Positions 19,007-27,948 of a DNA stretch of 64,000 bases are shown here, in pieces. The stretch comes from Candidatus Versatilivorator sp. GTDB lineage: Bacteria; Acidobacteriota; Terriglobia; Versatilivoradales; Versatilivoraceae. The notes beneath the pieces are model-generated. The model had not been told where the DNA came from. It worked only from the letters and a program-made list of their open reading frames with translations, and did not search any database. The translations under genes were made by a program, and so were the position numbers. Location: assembly GCA_965207735.1 (NCBI GenBank), contig OZ242296.1, positions 4,096,001 through 4,160,000 on the forward strand. Direction: 5' to 3'. Numbering within the stretch: position 1 is the first letter of the stretch; every line of letters starts with the position of its first letter.

Positions 19007-20083
19007 ATGCAACCTCAAGCCTACAAGGTGGCCGCCGCTCACGTGGCCCCGGTATTCCTCGATCGGGACGCCACCCTGGACAAGGCCTGCGCCCTGATCC
19101 GGGAAGCCGCCCGCAACGGGGCTCAGCTCATCGTCTTCCCGGAGACCTTCATACCCGCCTTTCCGCTCTGGTGCGCTCTGCAGGCTCCCATCGAGAACCA
19201 TGCGCTCTTCTGCCAACTCGCTGCCGGCAGTCTGCGGGTGGACGGGCCGGAAATTGGCAAGGTCGCCGATGCGGCCCGCCGCAGTGGCATTTTTGTTTCC
19301 CTGGGGTTCAACGAGGTCTCGCCCGTCAGCGACGGTTGCCTCTGGAACGCCAACCTGCTCTTGAACGATCGGGGAGACATCCTCTGCCACCATCGCAAGC
19401 TGGTTCCGACCTTCTATGAGAAACTGGTCTGGGCGCCGGGGGACGGCAGCGGGCTGCAGGTGTGCGAGACCCGGCTGGGTCGGGTGGGAATGCTGATTTG
19501 CGGAGAGAACACCAACCCCCTGGCCCGGTTCGCCCTGCTGGCCCAGGGCGAACAGATCCATCTATCTACCTACCCGCCCCTGTGGCCCACCCGGGATCCT
19601 GCCACCGGCGGCAACTACGATCTCAAGCAGGCGATACTGATCCGGGCCGGCAACCACTCCTTCGAAGGCAAGGTCTTCAACGTGGTGGCCTCCGGTTTTC
19701 TGGATGATGCCGCCCGGGAGCAGCTAGGCCGGCTGACGCCGGAGGCCGGGCGCATCCTGGATGGAAGCCCCAGAGGCATCTCGGTGGTCATGGGTCCGGA
19801 GGGAACCCCCGTCAGCCCGATTCTGCAGGACGAGGAAGGCCTCCTCTACGCCCAGATCGATCTCTCCCAAACAGTAGCCCCCAAGCAGATCCACGACGTG
19901 GTGGGCGGGTACAACCGGTTCGACATCTTCAAGCTCAGTGTGGACCGGTCCCGACGACCTCCCCTGAACTTTGAAATCCTGGGACGCCGTCCCCAATCGA
20001 ACCGAACCCAGCCGAAGGCACCTGGACCAGGTCAAACCGGTCGTGACGATGCCGGAAGCCGAGGCGAGGAGAGTTCAGGTTGA
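19007..20083 (+). CDS. Nitrilase (carbon-nitrogen hydrolase family)
   Basis: Glu-Lys-Cys triad in VFPET, HHRKLVPT..EK.VW..GDGS and MLICGEN; C-terminal DVVGGYNRFDIF. Confidence 0.88.
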   Translation: MQPQAYKVAAAHVAPVFLDRDATLDKACALIREAARNGAQLIVFPETFIPAFPLWCALQAPIENHALFCQLAAGSLRVDGPEIGKVADAARRSGIFVSLGFNEVSPVSDGCLWNANLLLNDRGDILCHHRKLVPTFYEKLVWAPGDGSGLQVCETRLGRVGMLICGENTNPLARFALLAQGEQIHLSTYPPLWPTRDPATGGNYDLKQAILIRAGNHSFEGKVFNVVASGFLDDAAREQLGRLTPEAGRILDGSPRGISVVMGPEGTPVSPILQDEEGLLYAQIDLSQTVAPKQIHDVVGGYNRFDIFKLSVDRSRRPPLNFEILGRRPQSNRTQPKAPGPGQTGRDDAGSRGEESSG

Positions 20084-20238
20084 AACCGCGGGGAGGATTG
20101 CTGGATCCCGCCCCAAAAGGCGCATCATGCGAGAGTGAAACAACGAACCTTCGTGGCCCATCGGGTGCAGCGTGAACCAATACACCTGGCTCAAGACGGA
20201 AGACCGGCGACCGGATGGCGCTGCCCGACATGGGTTAG

Positions 20239-20295
20239 CCCGCGCTGAGAAAAAATTCCTGCGCCATGATCACACCCCCTGGTGAGAAATGCAGG
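20239..20295 (-). mobile_element. 57-bp remnant of the IS1380-type MITE end
   Basis: Reverse complement CCTGCATTTCTCACCAGGGGGTGTGATCATGGCGCAGGAATTTTTTCTCAGCGCGGG matches the MITE left end at about 3389-3445. Confidence 0.75.
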
Positions 20296-21135
20296 CTGGT
20301 GGCGCGCCAACTGCGGCTCAACCGGGAAACCCTCGACAATTGGCGCCTCTACCGTTCTCACCGGGAAGCGGTAGCTGACCTGATCTGCCGGCCACATCAG
20401 CCGGCCTCAGCCAGACTCTGCATCCTGGGCGCCGGCAACTGCAACGACCTGGATCTGGCCCGACTCACCGGCCGCTTCACACGGGTTGACCTGGTGGATC
20501 TCGACCGGCAGGCCATGGCCGCCGGGGTCCAACGGCAGTCTCCACCCGCCCCCGGCAGAATCAGTCTCCACGGGGGAGTCGACCTCACCGGCATCTTGAA
20601 GACCCTGGACACCTGGGAACGTTACCGGCCCGGCAGAGAGAGCATCGACCACTGCATCCGAGAAGCCCGGGCCTTTGCCGGTCTTCCCTTCCCGGGCGGG
20701 TTCGAAGTCGCGGCTTCGATCTGCCTGTTGTCCCAGATCATCGATTCGGTCGTCTCGGTGACCGGACCCGGGGCCGTACCCCTGGAACTGGTGCGAACTC
20801 TGCAACAGCGCCACCTGCGCCTGCTGGCGGAACTGCTCCTGCCGGGCGCAGTCGGCTACCTGGTCACCGACTTCGCCCTGGAGCCAGGCGGCGGCCAGCC
20901 GACCCGAAAGGCTCCGTCGACGTCGGGCGCCCCGACGCCTCGCGGCGAAGCCTTCCTGGGCGTGAGTCCACAGGAGCTTTGCGCACTGGTGAGCCAGGAC
21001 GCCTTCCTCCGCACCCAGGTCCGACAGGTCCGGGTGAGTCCGTCATGGCTCTGGAGGCAAAACCCCCGGCGCACCCTCCGGGTCTGCGCCATTCAATTCC
21101 AGAGGATTGCGGAAACGGGGTTTTCGGGACGATGA
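20266..21135 (+). CDS. Hypothetical protein with a SAM-methyltransferase-like motif
   Basis: LCILGAGNCNDLDL followed by VDLVDLD resembles SAM-binding motifs I and II. The start codon lies inside the MITE remnant. Confidence 0.65.
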   Translation: MITPPGEKCRLVARQLRLNRETLDNWRLYRSHREAVADLICRPHQPASARLCILGAGNCNDLDLARLTGRFTRVDLVDLDRQAMAAGVQRQSPPAPGRISLHGGVDLTGILKTLDTWERYRPGRESIDHCIREARAFAGLPFPGGFEVAASICLLSQIIDSVVSVTGPGAVPLELVRTLQQRHLRLLAELLLPGAVGYLVTDFALEPGGGQPTRKAPSTSGAPTPRGEAFLGVSPQELCALVSQDAFLRTQVRQVRVSPSWLWRQNPRRTLRVCAIQFQRIAETGFSGR

Positions 21136-21406
21136 GGCATTCTGCCCTATCTCCGAAACGGGACTGTTCCTGATCGAAGAGCAGCAGGATGCTCGATGAT
21201 GCCCATGCTCCGAGTAAGTTGGTTTGGGCTATAGTTAGCTATTGAGGTCGGATTGGGTAAGATCCCATCAAGAAACAGCTAGTGGCTAGTGGAAACAAAA
21301 CCCCGCTATACGCTATCCCCTCCTTTTGGCGGCGTTACCTCAAATATATCCAGCAAATGAATGTACAGCAACAGCGATCACCTGACAGTTCCGCCGCCGA
21401 GCATGG

Positions 21407-21544
21407 CCTGTTAAGCGGCAGCGCTGAGGACGTAATTGAATTACTGGAATAGCTTCGATCAGCCGCTCCTGAACCGCTTTGATACAATTCAATTACGTCT
21501 CCCAAGCGCCTTTTACAGGTTATTCCAGTAATTCAACAACGTCC
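21407..21544. repeat. Nested inverted repeats (possible MITE or structured element)
   Basis: GGACGTAATTGAATTACTGGAATAGC (21428-21453) is inverted against GTTATTCCAGTAATTCAACAACGTCC (21519-21544). A third partial copy, AATTCAATTACGTC, sits at about 21486. Confidence 0.65.
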
Positions 21545-21620
21545 CCTATTCGCTTTTGCCCCTTCATGGGTAATCTTAAGGGTTCCTCCTTAGTCTCTAT
21601 GCCCAACCAGACCTGAAACC

Positions 21621-22370
21621 ATGCCTCGACTGACCGACTACCGTGCCCTCACCTTTGATTGCTATGGCACCCTGATCGATTGGGAAACCGGAATCTGGGA
21701 GGCCTTGCAACCGCTGATCCGGTACAACCCCGGGTGCGACCTCACTCGCGAGGCGGCGCTTGGAGCCTTCGCCCGGTGGGAGAGCCGGCAGCAAATGGCC
21801 ACGCCCGAGCTACCCTATCCGGAGCTGCTGGCGCGCGTGCATCGGGGCATGGCGCAAGACTTCGGTCTTGAATCCAATCGGGACCTCGACGTTGCCTTCG
21901 GGGCCTCAGTACCCCACTGGCCGGCATTTCCGGACAGCTCCGGCGGGCTGCGCCTCCTCAGCCGGTACTACAAGCTGGTCATCCTGTCCAACGTAGATCG
22001 CGACGGCATCGCCGCCTCAACGAGGAATCTCGGGGTTGAGTTCGACGCGGTCTACACTGCTCAGGACGTCGGCTCCTTCAAGCCGGCCGACTCCAACTTC
22101 ACCTATCTTCTGGACCACCTGAAATCCGATTTCGGGCTGGAACGATCAGAGATTCTACACGTGGCCCAGAGCCTCTACCACGACCACGCACCGGCCAACC
22201 GTTTCGGCATCGCCAGCGCCTGGATCGACCGGCAGCGACTGTCGCAAGGTGGGAGTTGGGGAGCAACCGAGCCGATGGAGTCCATCCCCTCTACCGATTT
22301 CGTCTATTTCTCCATCGGAGAGATGGCCGAGGCGATCGTAGCGGAGAGGGGAGAGAAAGGCAGTGATTAG
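21621..22370 (+). CDS. HAD-superfamily hydrolase (type II haloacid dehalogenase-like)
   Basis: TFDCYGTLIDWE, LVILSN, GSFKP and LHVAQSLYHDH motifs. Confidence 0.9.
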   Translation: MPRLTDYRALTFDCYGTLIDWETGIWEALQPLIRYNPGCDLTREAALGAFARWESRQQMATPELPYPELLARVHRGMAQDFGLESNRDLDVAFGASVPHWPAFPDSSGGLRLLSRYYKLVILSNVDRDGIAASTRNLGVEFDAVYTAQDVGSFKPADSNFTYLLDHLKSDFGLERSEILHVAQSLYHDHAPANRFGIASAWIDRQRLSQGGSWGATEPMESIPSTDFVYFSIGEMAEAIVAERGEKGSD

Positions 22371-22850
22371 TGGAGAGTGGAGAGTGAAGAGTGAAGAGTG
22401 GAGAGTTATTGGATCGACACGTTAAGCATCTTTTCTGAAACAAATGAAAAAAGAGTTATCCACGAAGTTGCACAAAGGGCCACTAAGGCGTTGAGGTTAA
22501 CCGCGCCGGGGTACCGGGGTGGCGGCGGGATGGTCGATTACTGATTGTCACACTCTGGTTTGATCCGCACGGCACGGCCGGGCTCGCGGACAAACGGAAG
22601 TTTCCCAAAAGGCGCCCGTCGGCTTTCAGAGAAGTTGCCCGCCGGATACGCTCCATCGCACCATCGGGACGACCCACCCGGGAGCGCGGGCGTCCCGCCC
22701 GCATCCTTTCCCTTGTTTGACCCCGAATGATCCGTATCGTCGTCGAAGACGGGGGACCGCCTAACTACTAATCCCTCTCCACTCTTCACTCTCCACTCTC
22801 CACTCTCCACTCTCCACTCTTCACTTCTCTCCACTCTCCACTAAATCACT
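22362..22850. repeat. Intergenic element bounded by inverted heptamer arrays (GTGGAGA)n / (TCTCCAC)n, with REP-like modules inside
   Basis: GTGGAGA/GTGAAGA about 5 times at 22370-22407 and the complementary array at about 22775-22842. The interior matches 61620-61760 and 41185-41315. Confidence 0.85.
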
Positions 22851-22857
22851 CGCCCGC

Positions 22858-23892
22858 TCATGACGATTTCTTCTTGTCTTTTCCCCGAACGAACTGCCAG
22901 CCGAAGCGTCCCTTGATGCAGAGGTGCCCGCGAGTCACCTCCTGGTCGAGCGGCGAGGTGGCCTTGACGATCTGGTTGTCCTGAACGTGCAGGGTGAGGG
23001 TGCAGCCGACCCCGCAGTAGGGGCAGATGGTGTCGGTGCGCTGTTGCTCCGATTCCTTCCAGGTGCCCGCTTCACGCATGTCGTATTCCGACTTGAACAT
23101 CAGGGCGCCGGTGGGACAGACCCCGATGCAGTTCCCGCAGTAGACACAGGCGGAATCCGGGAGCGGAACTGAAAATTCGGTGGAGATGCGGCTATCGAAC
23201 CCGCGGCCGGCCACGGCGATGGCAAAGGTATTCTGAGCCTCCTCGCCACACGCCTGCACGCACTTGTAGCAGAGGATGCACTTGCCGTAGTCGCGGACGT
23301 AGAGGTCGTTGTCGATCTTGACCGGCTGAGCCACGGTAGCCGCCGTCAGCCCGTCCGGCGTGGAGTGGACACCGGCCGAGGCCGCTTCCGGTTCTCCGGC
23401 TGCTGCCGCCGGCGCCGCGGGCCCGTATCGCTCCGGTTGACCGCCATAGCGCTCCAGATAGGACTGCAGTTCGGGTGCGGTGGAAACATCCACCGAAGAA
23501 GCCAGAAACTCCAGGACCATGCGACGGCTCAGGCGGACGCGCTCACTGTCGGTGCGGACCACCATCCCGTTTTCCACCCGGCGGGAACATGCCGGAACCA
23601 GAGTCCGAGCCCCCTCAAGCTCGACGACGCAGACGCGACAGACATTAACGGGATTCAGGTTTTCCAGGTAGCACAGGGTGGGCGTGTCGATCCCCTGAGT
23701 CTTGCAGGCCTCCAGAAGCGTCGACCCTTCGGGAACCCGAGCCGTCTTGCCATCAATGGTCAGGACGACTTCGTTCCTGGGTGTGGCCGGCGGCGGCGGC
23801 GGGATGGGACCCTGCGGCACCGGGACTGTCGGGGATGGAGCCGAGGCGATGAAGGGAAAACTTTCCTGGGTTTCTGGTTTTTTCTTATCCAT
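22858..23892 (-). CDS. Formate dehydrogenase Fe-S subunit (NuoG/FdsA-like N-terminal 2Fe-2S, 2x4Fe-4S, and the molybdopterin-enzyme 4Fe-4S domain)
   Basis: PTLC..CRVCVVE..LVPAC; CILCYKCVQAC; CVYCGNCIGVCP; terminal TICPYCGVGC...LCIKGRFGWQFV. Confidence 0.88.
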   Translation of the reverse strand: MDKKKPETQESFPFIASAPSPTVPVPQGPIPPPPPATPRNEVVLTIDGKTARVPEGSTLLEACKTQGIDTPTLCYLENLNPVNVCRVCVVELEGARTLVPACSRRVENGMVVRTDSERVRLSRRMVLEFLASSVDVSTAPELQSYLERYGGQPERYGPAAPAAAAGEPEAASAGVHSTPDGLTAATVAQPVKIDNDLYVRDYGKCILCYKCVQACGEEAQNTFAIAVAGRGFDSRISTEFSVPLPDSACVYCGNCIGVCPTGALMFKSEYDMREAGTWKESEQQRTDTICPYCGVGCTLTLHVQDNQIVKATSPLDQEVTRGHLCIKGRFGWQFVRGKDKKKSS

Positions 23893-23958
23893 GGAATTGA
23901 TTACAAGGGTCTTGAGTCCGCCGGACCGGCACTGAATACCGGGGAGACCTCAGGCCTG

Positions 23959-25830
23959 CTAGTCCTCCGGATTCGATCTCTGGCGCAGATCCGAAAACTC
24001 GGCCCAACGGACCAGAGCGGACTGGATGGCGCTGGAAGCGGTGTGTCCGAGCCCGCAAATGGAAGCGTCACTCATGACCTGACCGATCTCGGCCAACTGC
24101 AACGGCGCCTGCCCCACTCCTTGGACATGCCCGCCGAACAGGCGGGACAAGGCTTCCTCCTGTCTCACGGTGCCTACCCGACAAGGAACGCACTGGCCGC
24201 AGGACTCGTCGCGGAAGAAAGCCGCGATCCTCAGGAGGATTTTACTCAGGTCCACGCTGTCGTCAAAGGGCATCACCACCGCCGAACCCAGGGCGGCCCC
24301 GATCGCCCGGGTGCCTTCGAAGGTCATCGGGGTATCCAGCTCCCGGGGAGACAGGAAGGTCCCGGCAGCACCCCCGATCAGGACACCCTGCAGCCGGCCG
24401 CTGCCCGCCACTCCGCCTGCCAGCTCCAGCAGGCTGGCCAGGCTGGCGCCGAAGGGAACTTCATAGACTCCCGGACGGGCGACGTGGCCGGAAAGGCAGA
24501 ACAGCTTGGTGCCTGTCGACCCGGGGGTCCCGATGCCGGCAAAGGACCGGCCTCCCCACAGGACGATACCGGGAACGTTGACCAGGGTCTCGACGTTGTT
24601 GACCAGGGTGGGACGACCGAACAGGCCCACCTCGGTGGGGAAAGGTGGCTTGTTTCGGGGCTCTCCCCGGTATCCCTCGATCGAGTTGAACAGCGCCGTC
24701 TCCTCGCCGCAAATGTAGGCGCCGGCTCCCCGGCGGATCTCGATGTCGAAGGACAGGTCCAGATCCAGGATCCGTTTCCCCAGAAAGCCGTGCTTTCTGG
24801 CCTGACGGATGGCCTGGCTCAAGCGGTCGAAGGCCAGAGGGTATTCTCCCCGGATATAGAGGTAACCCCGCTCGCATCCGGTGGCCAGCCCGGCGATGGT
24901 CATGGATTCGATGAGAAGGAACGGATCTTCCTCCATGATCACCCGATCCTTGAAGGTTCCTGGCTCCGACTCGTCCGCGTTGCAGACCAGGTAGCGGGCG
25001 GGTTGAGAGGAACGGGCACGGTAAACCGCTTCCCATTTCCGCCCCGCGGGAAAGGCGGCACCGCCCCTCCCCACCAGCCTGGAATCGATGACTTCGCGAA
25101 TGACCCGCTCGGGACCGAGGACGACTGCCCGGCGCAAGGCCTCATAACCTCCTTCGGCCAGATGATCCTCCAGGCTCTCCGGCTGCAAGCGGCCGACGCG
25201 GCGCAGCAGGCGCAATCCCGGCTGCCCCTGTTGCGGGACGCTGAGTGATGCGGCGACGGGCGGAGGCTCCGGCCTGCGTTCCGGCTGCTCCGCCGCGGCC
25301 AGCAAGGCATCTGCCGAGGTCGGAGCCAGCGCACATTCCCAGGGCTTTAGGCCGGCCGCCGAGACCAGGGCCGCCGGGGCGCGGTCGCAGAGACCGAGAC
25401 AGGGACTCCTGAGCCAGGTGAGCCTGTCCGAGGGCTTGGCCGCACCGGCAGGTCCCAGGCGGCCCGCCAAGTGCTCGCAGATCGCAGGCGCCCCCTGCAT
25501 CAGGCAGGCAATGTCGTCACACACGTGAATGACGACCCGCGGCCTCGGGGTCATTGAGAAGAGCCCGTAAAAATCGGCAACCGCAAAGGCTTCGGCGGGA
25601 GGGAGGTTCAACCGCCTGCAGGCGTAGTTCAGTGCTCCGGGACTGATCCAGCCGATGCGGCTGTTGATGGCGTGAAGAACCGGAAGCAGCAGGTGCCTCT
25701 GTGACCGAGCCGGCCGTTCTTGCTGGAGGTGAAAGCTTTCCGCCTTGCCGAGCTGGAGAGGACCAACGACGCTATTGACCGCGGCGCGCTCGTCCCGCTC
25801 CGGAGGTTGACCCGCAATGTGAAGATCCAA
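23959..25830 (-). CDS. Fused NuoE-NuoF-like NAD(H)/FMN diaphorase subunit of formate dehydrogenase
   Basis: NuoE part: VCDDIAC and CLGLCDRAP. NuoF part: GRGGAAFP, CNADESEPGTFKDR, GAGAYICGEETAL, ESCGQCVPCR and SICGLG. TTG start. Confidence 0.9.
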   Translation of the reverse strand: MDLHIAGQPPERDERAAVNSVVGPLQLGKAESFHLQQERPARSQRHLLLPVLHAINSRIGWISPGALNYACRRLNLPPAEAFAVADFYGLFSMTPRPRVVIHVCDDIACLMQGAPAICEHLAGRLGPAGAAKPSDRLTWLRSPCLGLCDRAPAALVSAAGLKPWECALAPTSADALLAAAEQPERRPEPPPVAASLSVPQQGQPGLRLLRRVGRLQPESLEDHLAEGGYEALRRAVVLGPERVIREVIDSRLVGRGGAAFPAGRKWEAVYRARSSQPARYLVCNADESEPGTFKDRVIMEEDPFLLIESMTIAGLATGCERGYLYIRGEYPLAFDRLSQAIRQARKHGFLGKRILDLDLSFDIEIRRGAGAYICGEETALFNSIEGYRGEPRNKPPFPTEVGLFGRPTLVNNVETLVNVPGIVLWGGRSFAGIGTPGSTGTKLFCLSGHVARPGVYEVPFGASLASLLELAGGVAGSGRLQGVLIGGAAGTFLSPRELDTPMTFEGTRAIGAALGSAVVMPFDDSVDLSKILLRIAAFFRDESCGQCVPCRVGTVRQEEALSRLFGGHVQGVGQAPLQLAEIGQVMSDASICGLGHTASSAIQSALVRWAEFSDLRQRSNPED

Positions 25831-25859
25831 CGGTAGTCTCCTCGGCTATCCCGGCCGGG

Positions 25860-27770
25860 TTAATCTGGCTGGGAAGCCGCCAGCTTGACAATGCGAATGG
25901 CAGCGGCCTTGAACTCCGCGGTGCCCGACTTGGGATCGACGGCGTCGATGGTAAGCTGGTTGGTCTGAACCTCGTCCGGAAAATGCAGGGTCATAAAGGC
26001 CAGACCGGGGCGGAGACCGGTATCGAAACGGACCGGGGCAACGACCGAGCCGCGCCGTGACATCACCTTGACCCGCTCCCCCTCCCGAACCCCATAGCGC
26101 TCACCGTCTTCCGGAGACAGATCCAAGGACTCGCCCCGGCGGAGGGGAGAGGAGTAGGACGAAGTCTGGGCGCCTGTATTGTAGGAATCCAGGCGCCTGC
26201 CGGTGGTGAGTCTGAGTGGAAACTGATCGTCCAATTTGTCCACCGGAGGTTCGAACTCCACCGGGCTGAAGGGCGCCTGCGGTCCCAGCAGGGGCTGTTG
26301 CCACAACCGGCTGTGCAGGTAGAGCTCGCCCGGATGCGACTCGTCATAGCAAGGCCAGCGGATGCCGTCGAGGGCTTCCAGCCGCTCGTAGGTCATTCCC
26401 CGGTGCATTGGACTGAGGCTGCGGAGTTCGTCCCATATCCGCTTCGGATCCGGGGTGCCCCAGTTGCGACCCAGGCGGCGAGCCAACTCGAAGAGGATGT
26501 CCAGGTCATCCCGAACTCCGGGTGGCGGGGACAGCGCCCGGCGGACACGCTGCACCTTGCGCTCGCTGCTTGTGACGGTTCCTTCCGACTCGCACCAGCC
26601 GGCTGCAGCCGGCAGGACAACGTCTGCCATGGCCGCGGTGTCCGTCATCAGCAGGTCCTGCACCACCAGGCATTCCAATCCTTCCAGGAGACGCTGGGCC
26701 CGCCCCTGGTCGGCCTCCGACACCGCCGGGTTCTCTCCCAGAATGTAGAGGGCCGACAGCTTGCCTTCCTCCATGGCGTCGAACATTCCGCTGAGGTGCA
26801 GGCCCCGCTGGGATGGAATCTTTGCCCCCCAGGCCACTTCGAACCGGTCGCGGAGCAGGTCGTTCTCCACGTGCTGAAAACCGGGAAGCCGGTCCGGAAT
26901 GGCGCCCATGTCGCCGCCTCCCTGGACGTTGTTCTGTCCCCGAAGAGGATTGAGCCCACTCCCGTATTTGCCCACGTGACCCGTCAACAGAGCCAGGTTG
27001 ATCAGGGCCAGAACGTTGTCGACGGCGTTATGGTGCTCGGTGATCCCCAGTGTCCAGCAGAGTTCCGCCCGTTGGGCCCGGGCGTATTCATGAGCCAGCA
27101 TACGAATGCTCTCGGCCGGAACCCCGGTTTCCCGCTCGCCCCGCTCCAGGGTGTAGGAGTCCACCGATCGGCAGTATTCATCGAACCCGCTGGTGGCATG
27201 GTCGATGAAGGACCGATCCTCAAGGCCGGCGTCCAGAATCTCCCGGGCCATGGCGTTGGACAAGGCAATGTCGCTGCCCACCTCCAGGCCCAGCCAGCCG
27301 TCAGCCCATTGGGCCGAGCTGGTTCTGCGGGGATCGATGACAAAGAGCCGGGCCCCGCGCTTCACTCCCTTCAGCACATGGTGAAAGAAGATCGGGTGCG
27401 TTTCGCGAGCGTTCGATCCCCAGAGGATGATGAGGTCAGCGTCCTCGATTTCCTGGTAGGAACTGGTCCCGCCACCCATCCCGAAAACCGTCGCCAGACC
27501 GACGACGCTGGGAGCGTGTCAAGTGCGGTTGCAGCTGTCGATGTTGTTGCAGCCAATGACTGTACGAACGAACTTCTGGGCGGCGTAGTTGAGCTCGTTG
27601 GTCGTCTTGGAACAACTGAACATCCCGAAAGCCTGCGGCCCCCTGTCCCTGGCAACCCTCTCGAATCCCCGGGCGACCCGATCCAGGGCCACGTCCCAAC
27701 CTGCCGGATGAAGGCCTGCGCCATCCCTCACCAGAGGCTCGGTCAGCCGGTCGCCTCGTTTCCACTCCAT
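25860..27770 (-). CDS. Selenocysteine-containing Mo/W-bisPGD formate dehydrogenase catalytic subunit (636 aa)
   Basis: The ORFs at 27519-27800 and 25860-27479 are in the same frame, separated only by TGA at 27519-27521 in NNIDSCNRT-U-HAPSV, the FdhF metal-ligand position. Also PLRGQNNVQG and LTTGR, with a SECIS immediately downstream of the TGA. Confidence 0.92.
27489..27507 (-). promoter_or_regulatory. Bacterial SECIS element
   Basis: mRNA reads UGA, 11 nt, then CGUCGUC-GGUCU-GGCGACG, a 7-bp stem. Spacing and the GGUCU apical sequence match the E. coli fdhF SECIS. Confidence 0.85.
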
Positions 27771-27866
27771 GTTAGTCTTCCTTTCCCCCTTGAATTCCAA
27801 CGGCTCAAAAGTCTATCGTCACAACCGGAACCGATGCAAGCTCAAGTCGTTGACAGACAGACCGGA

Positions 27867-27895
27867 TTGACAAGGGCCTGATGACGCCCGATAAT
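27867..27895 (+). promoter_or_regulatory. Sigma70-type promoter for the ATP-grasp cluster
   Basis: TTGACA-17 nt-GATAAT, about 55 bp upstream of the start codon. Confidence 0.6.
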
Positions 27896-27948
27896 GCCGG
27901 AAATCAGCAACAGGTCCTCCGAAATCCTCCAAAAGAGTGAACGGCGCC

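Noticed and set aside
22370-22845. Possible CRISPR array
   Set aside because: The repeats are contiguous 7-mers with no unique spacers, and there are no cas genes in the window.
27519-27521. Treating the formate dehydrogenase gene as a nonsense pseudogene
   Set aside because: The TGA sits at the Cys/Sec ligand position and is followed by a correctly spaced SECIS.
23365-27881. Long plus-strand ORFs (627 aa and 527 aa) and similar antisense ORFs over groEL, the S41 peptidase, the DUF1501 gene and others
   Set aside because: They are shadow frames opposite well-supported genes, expected in high-GC DNA, and carry no protein motifs.
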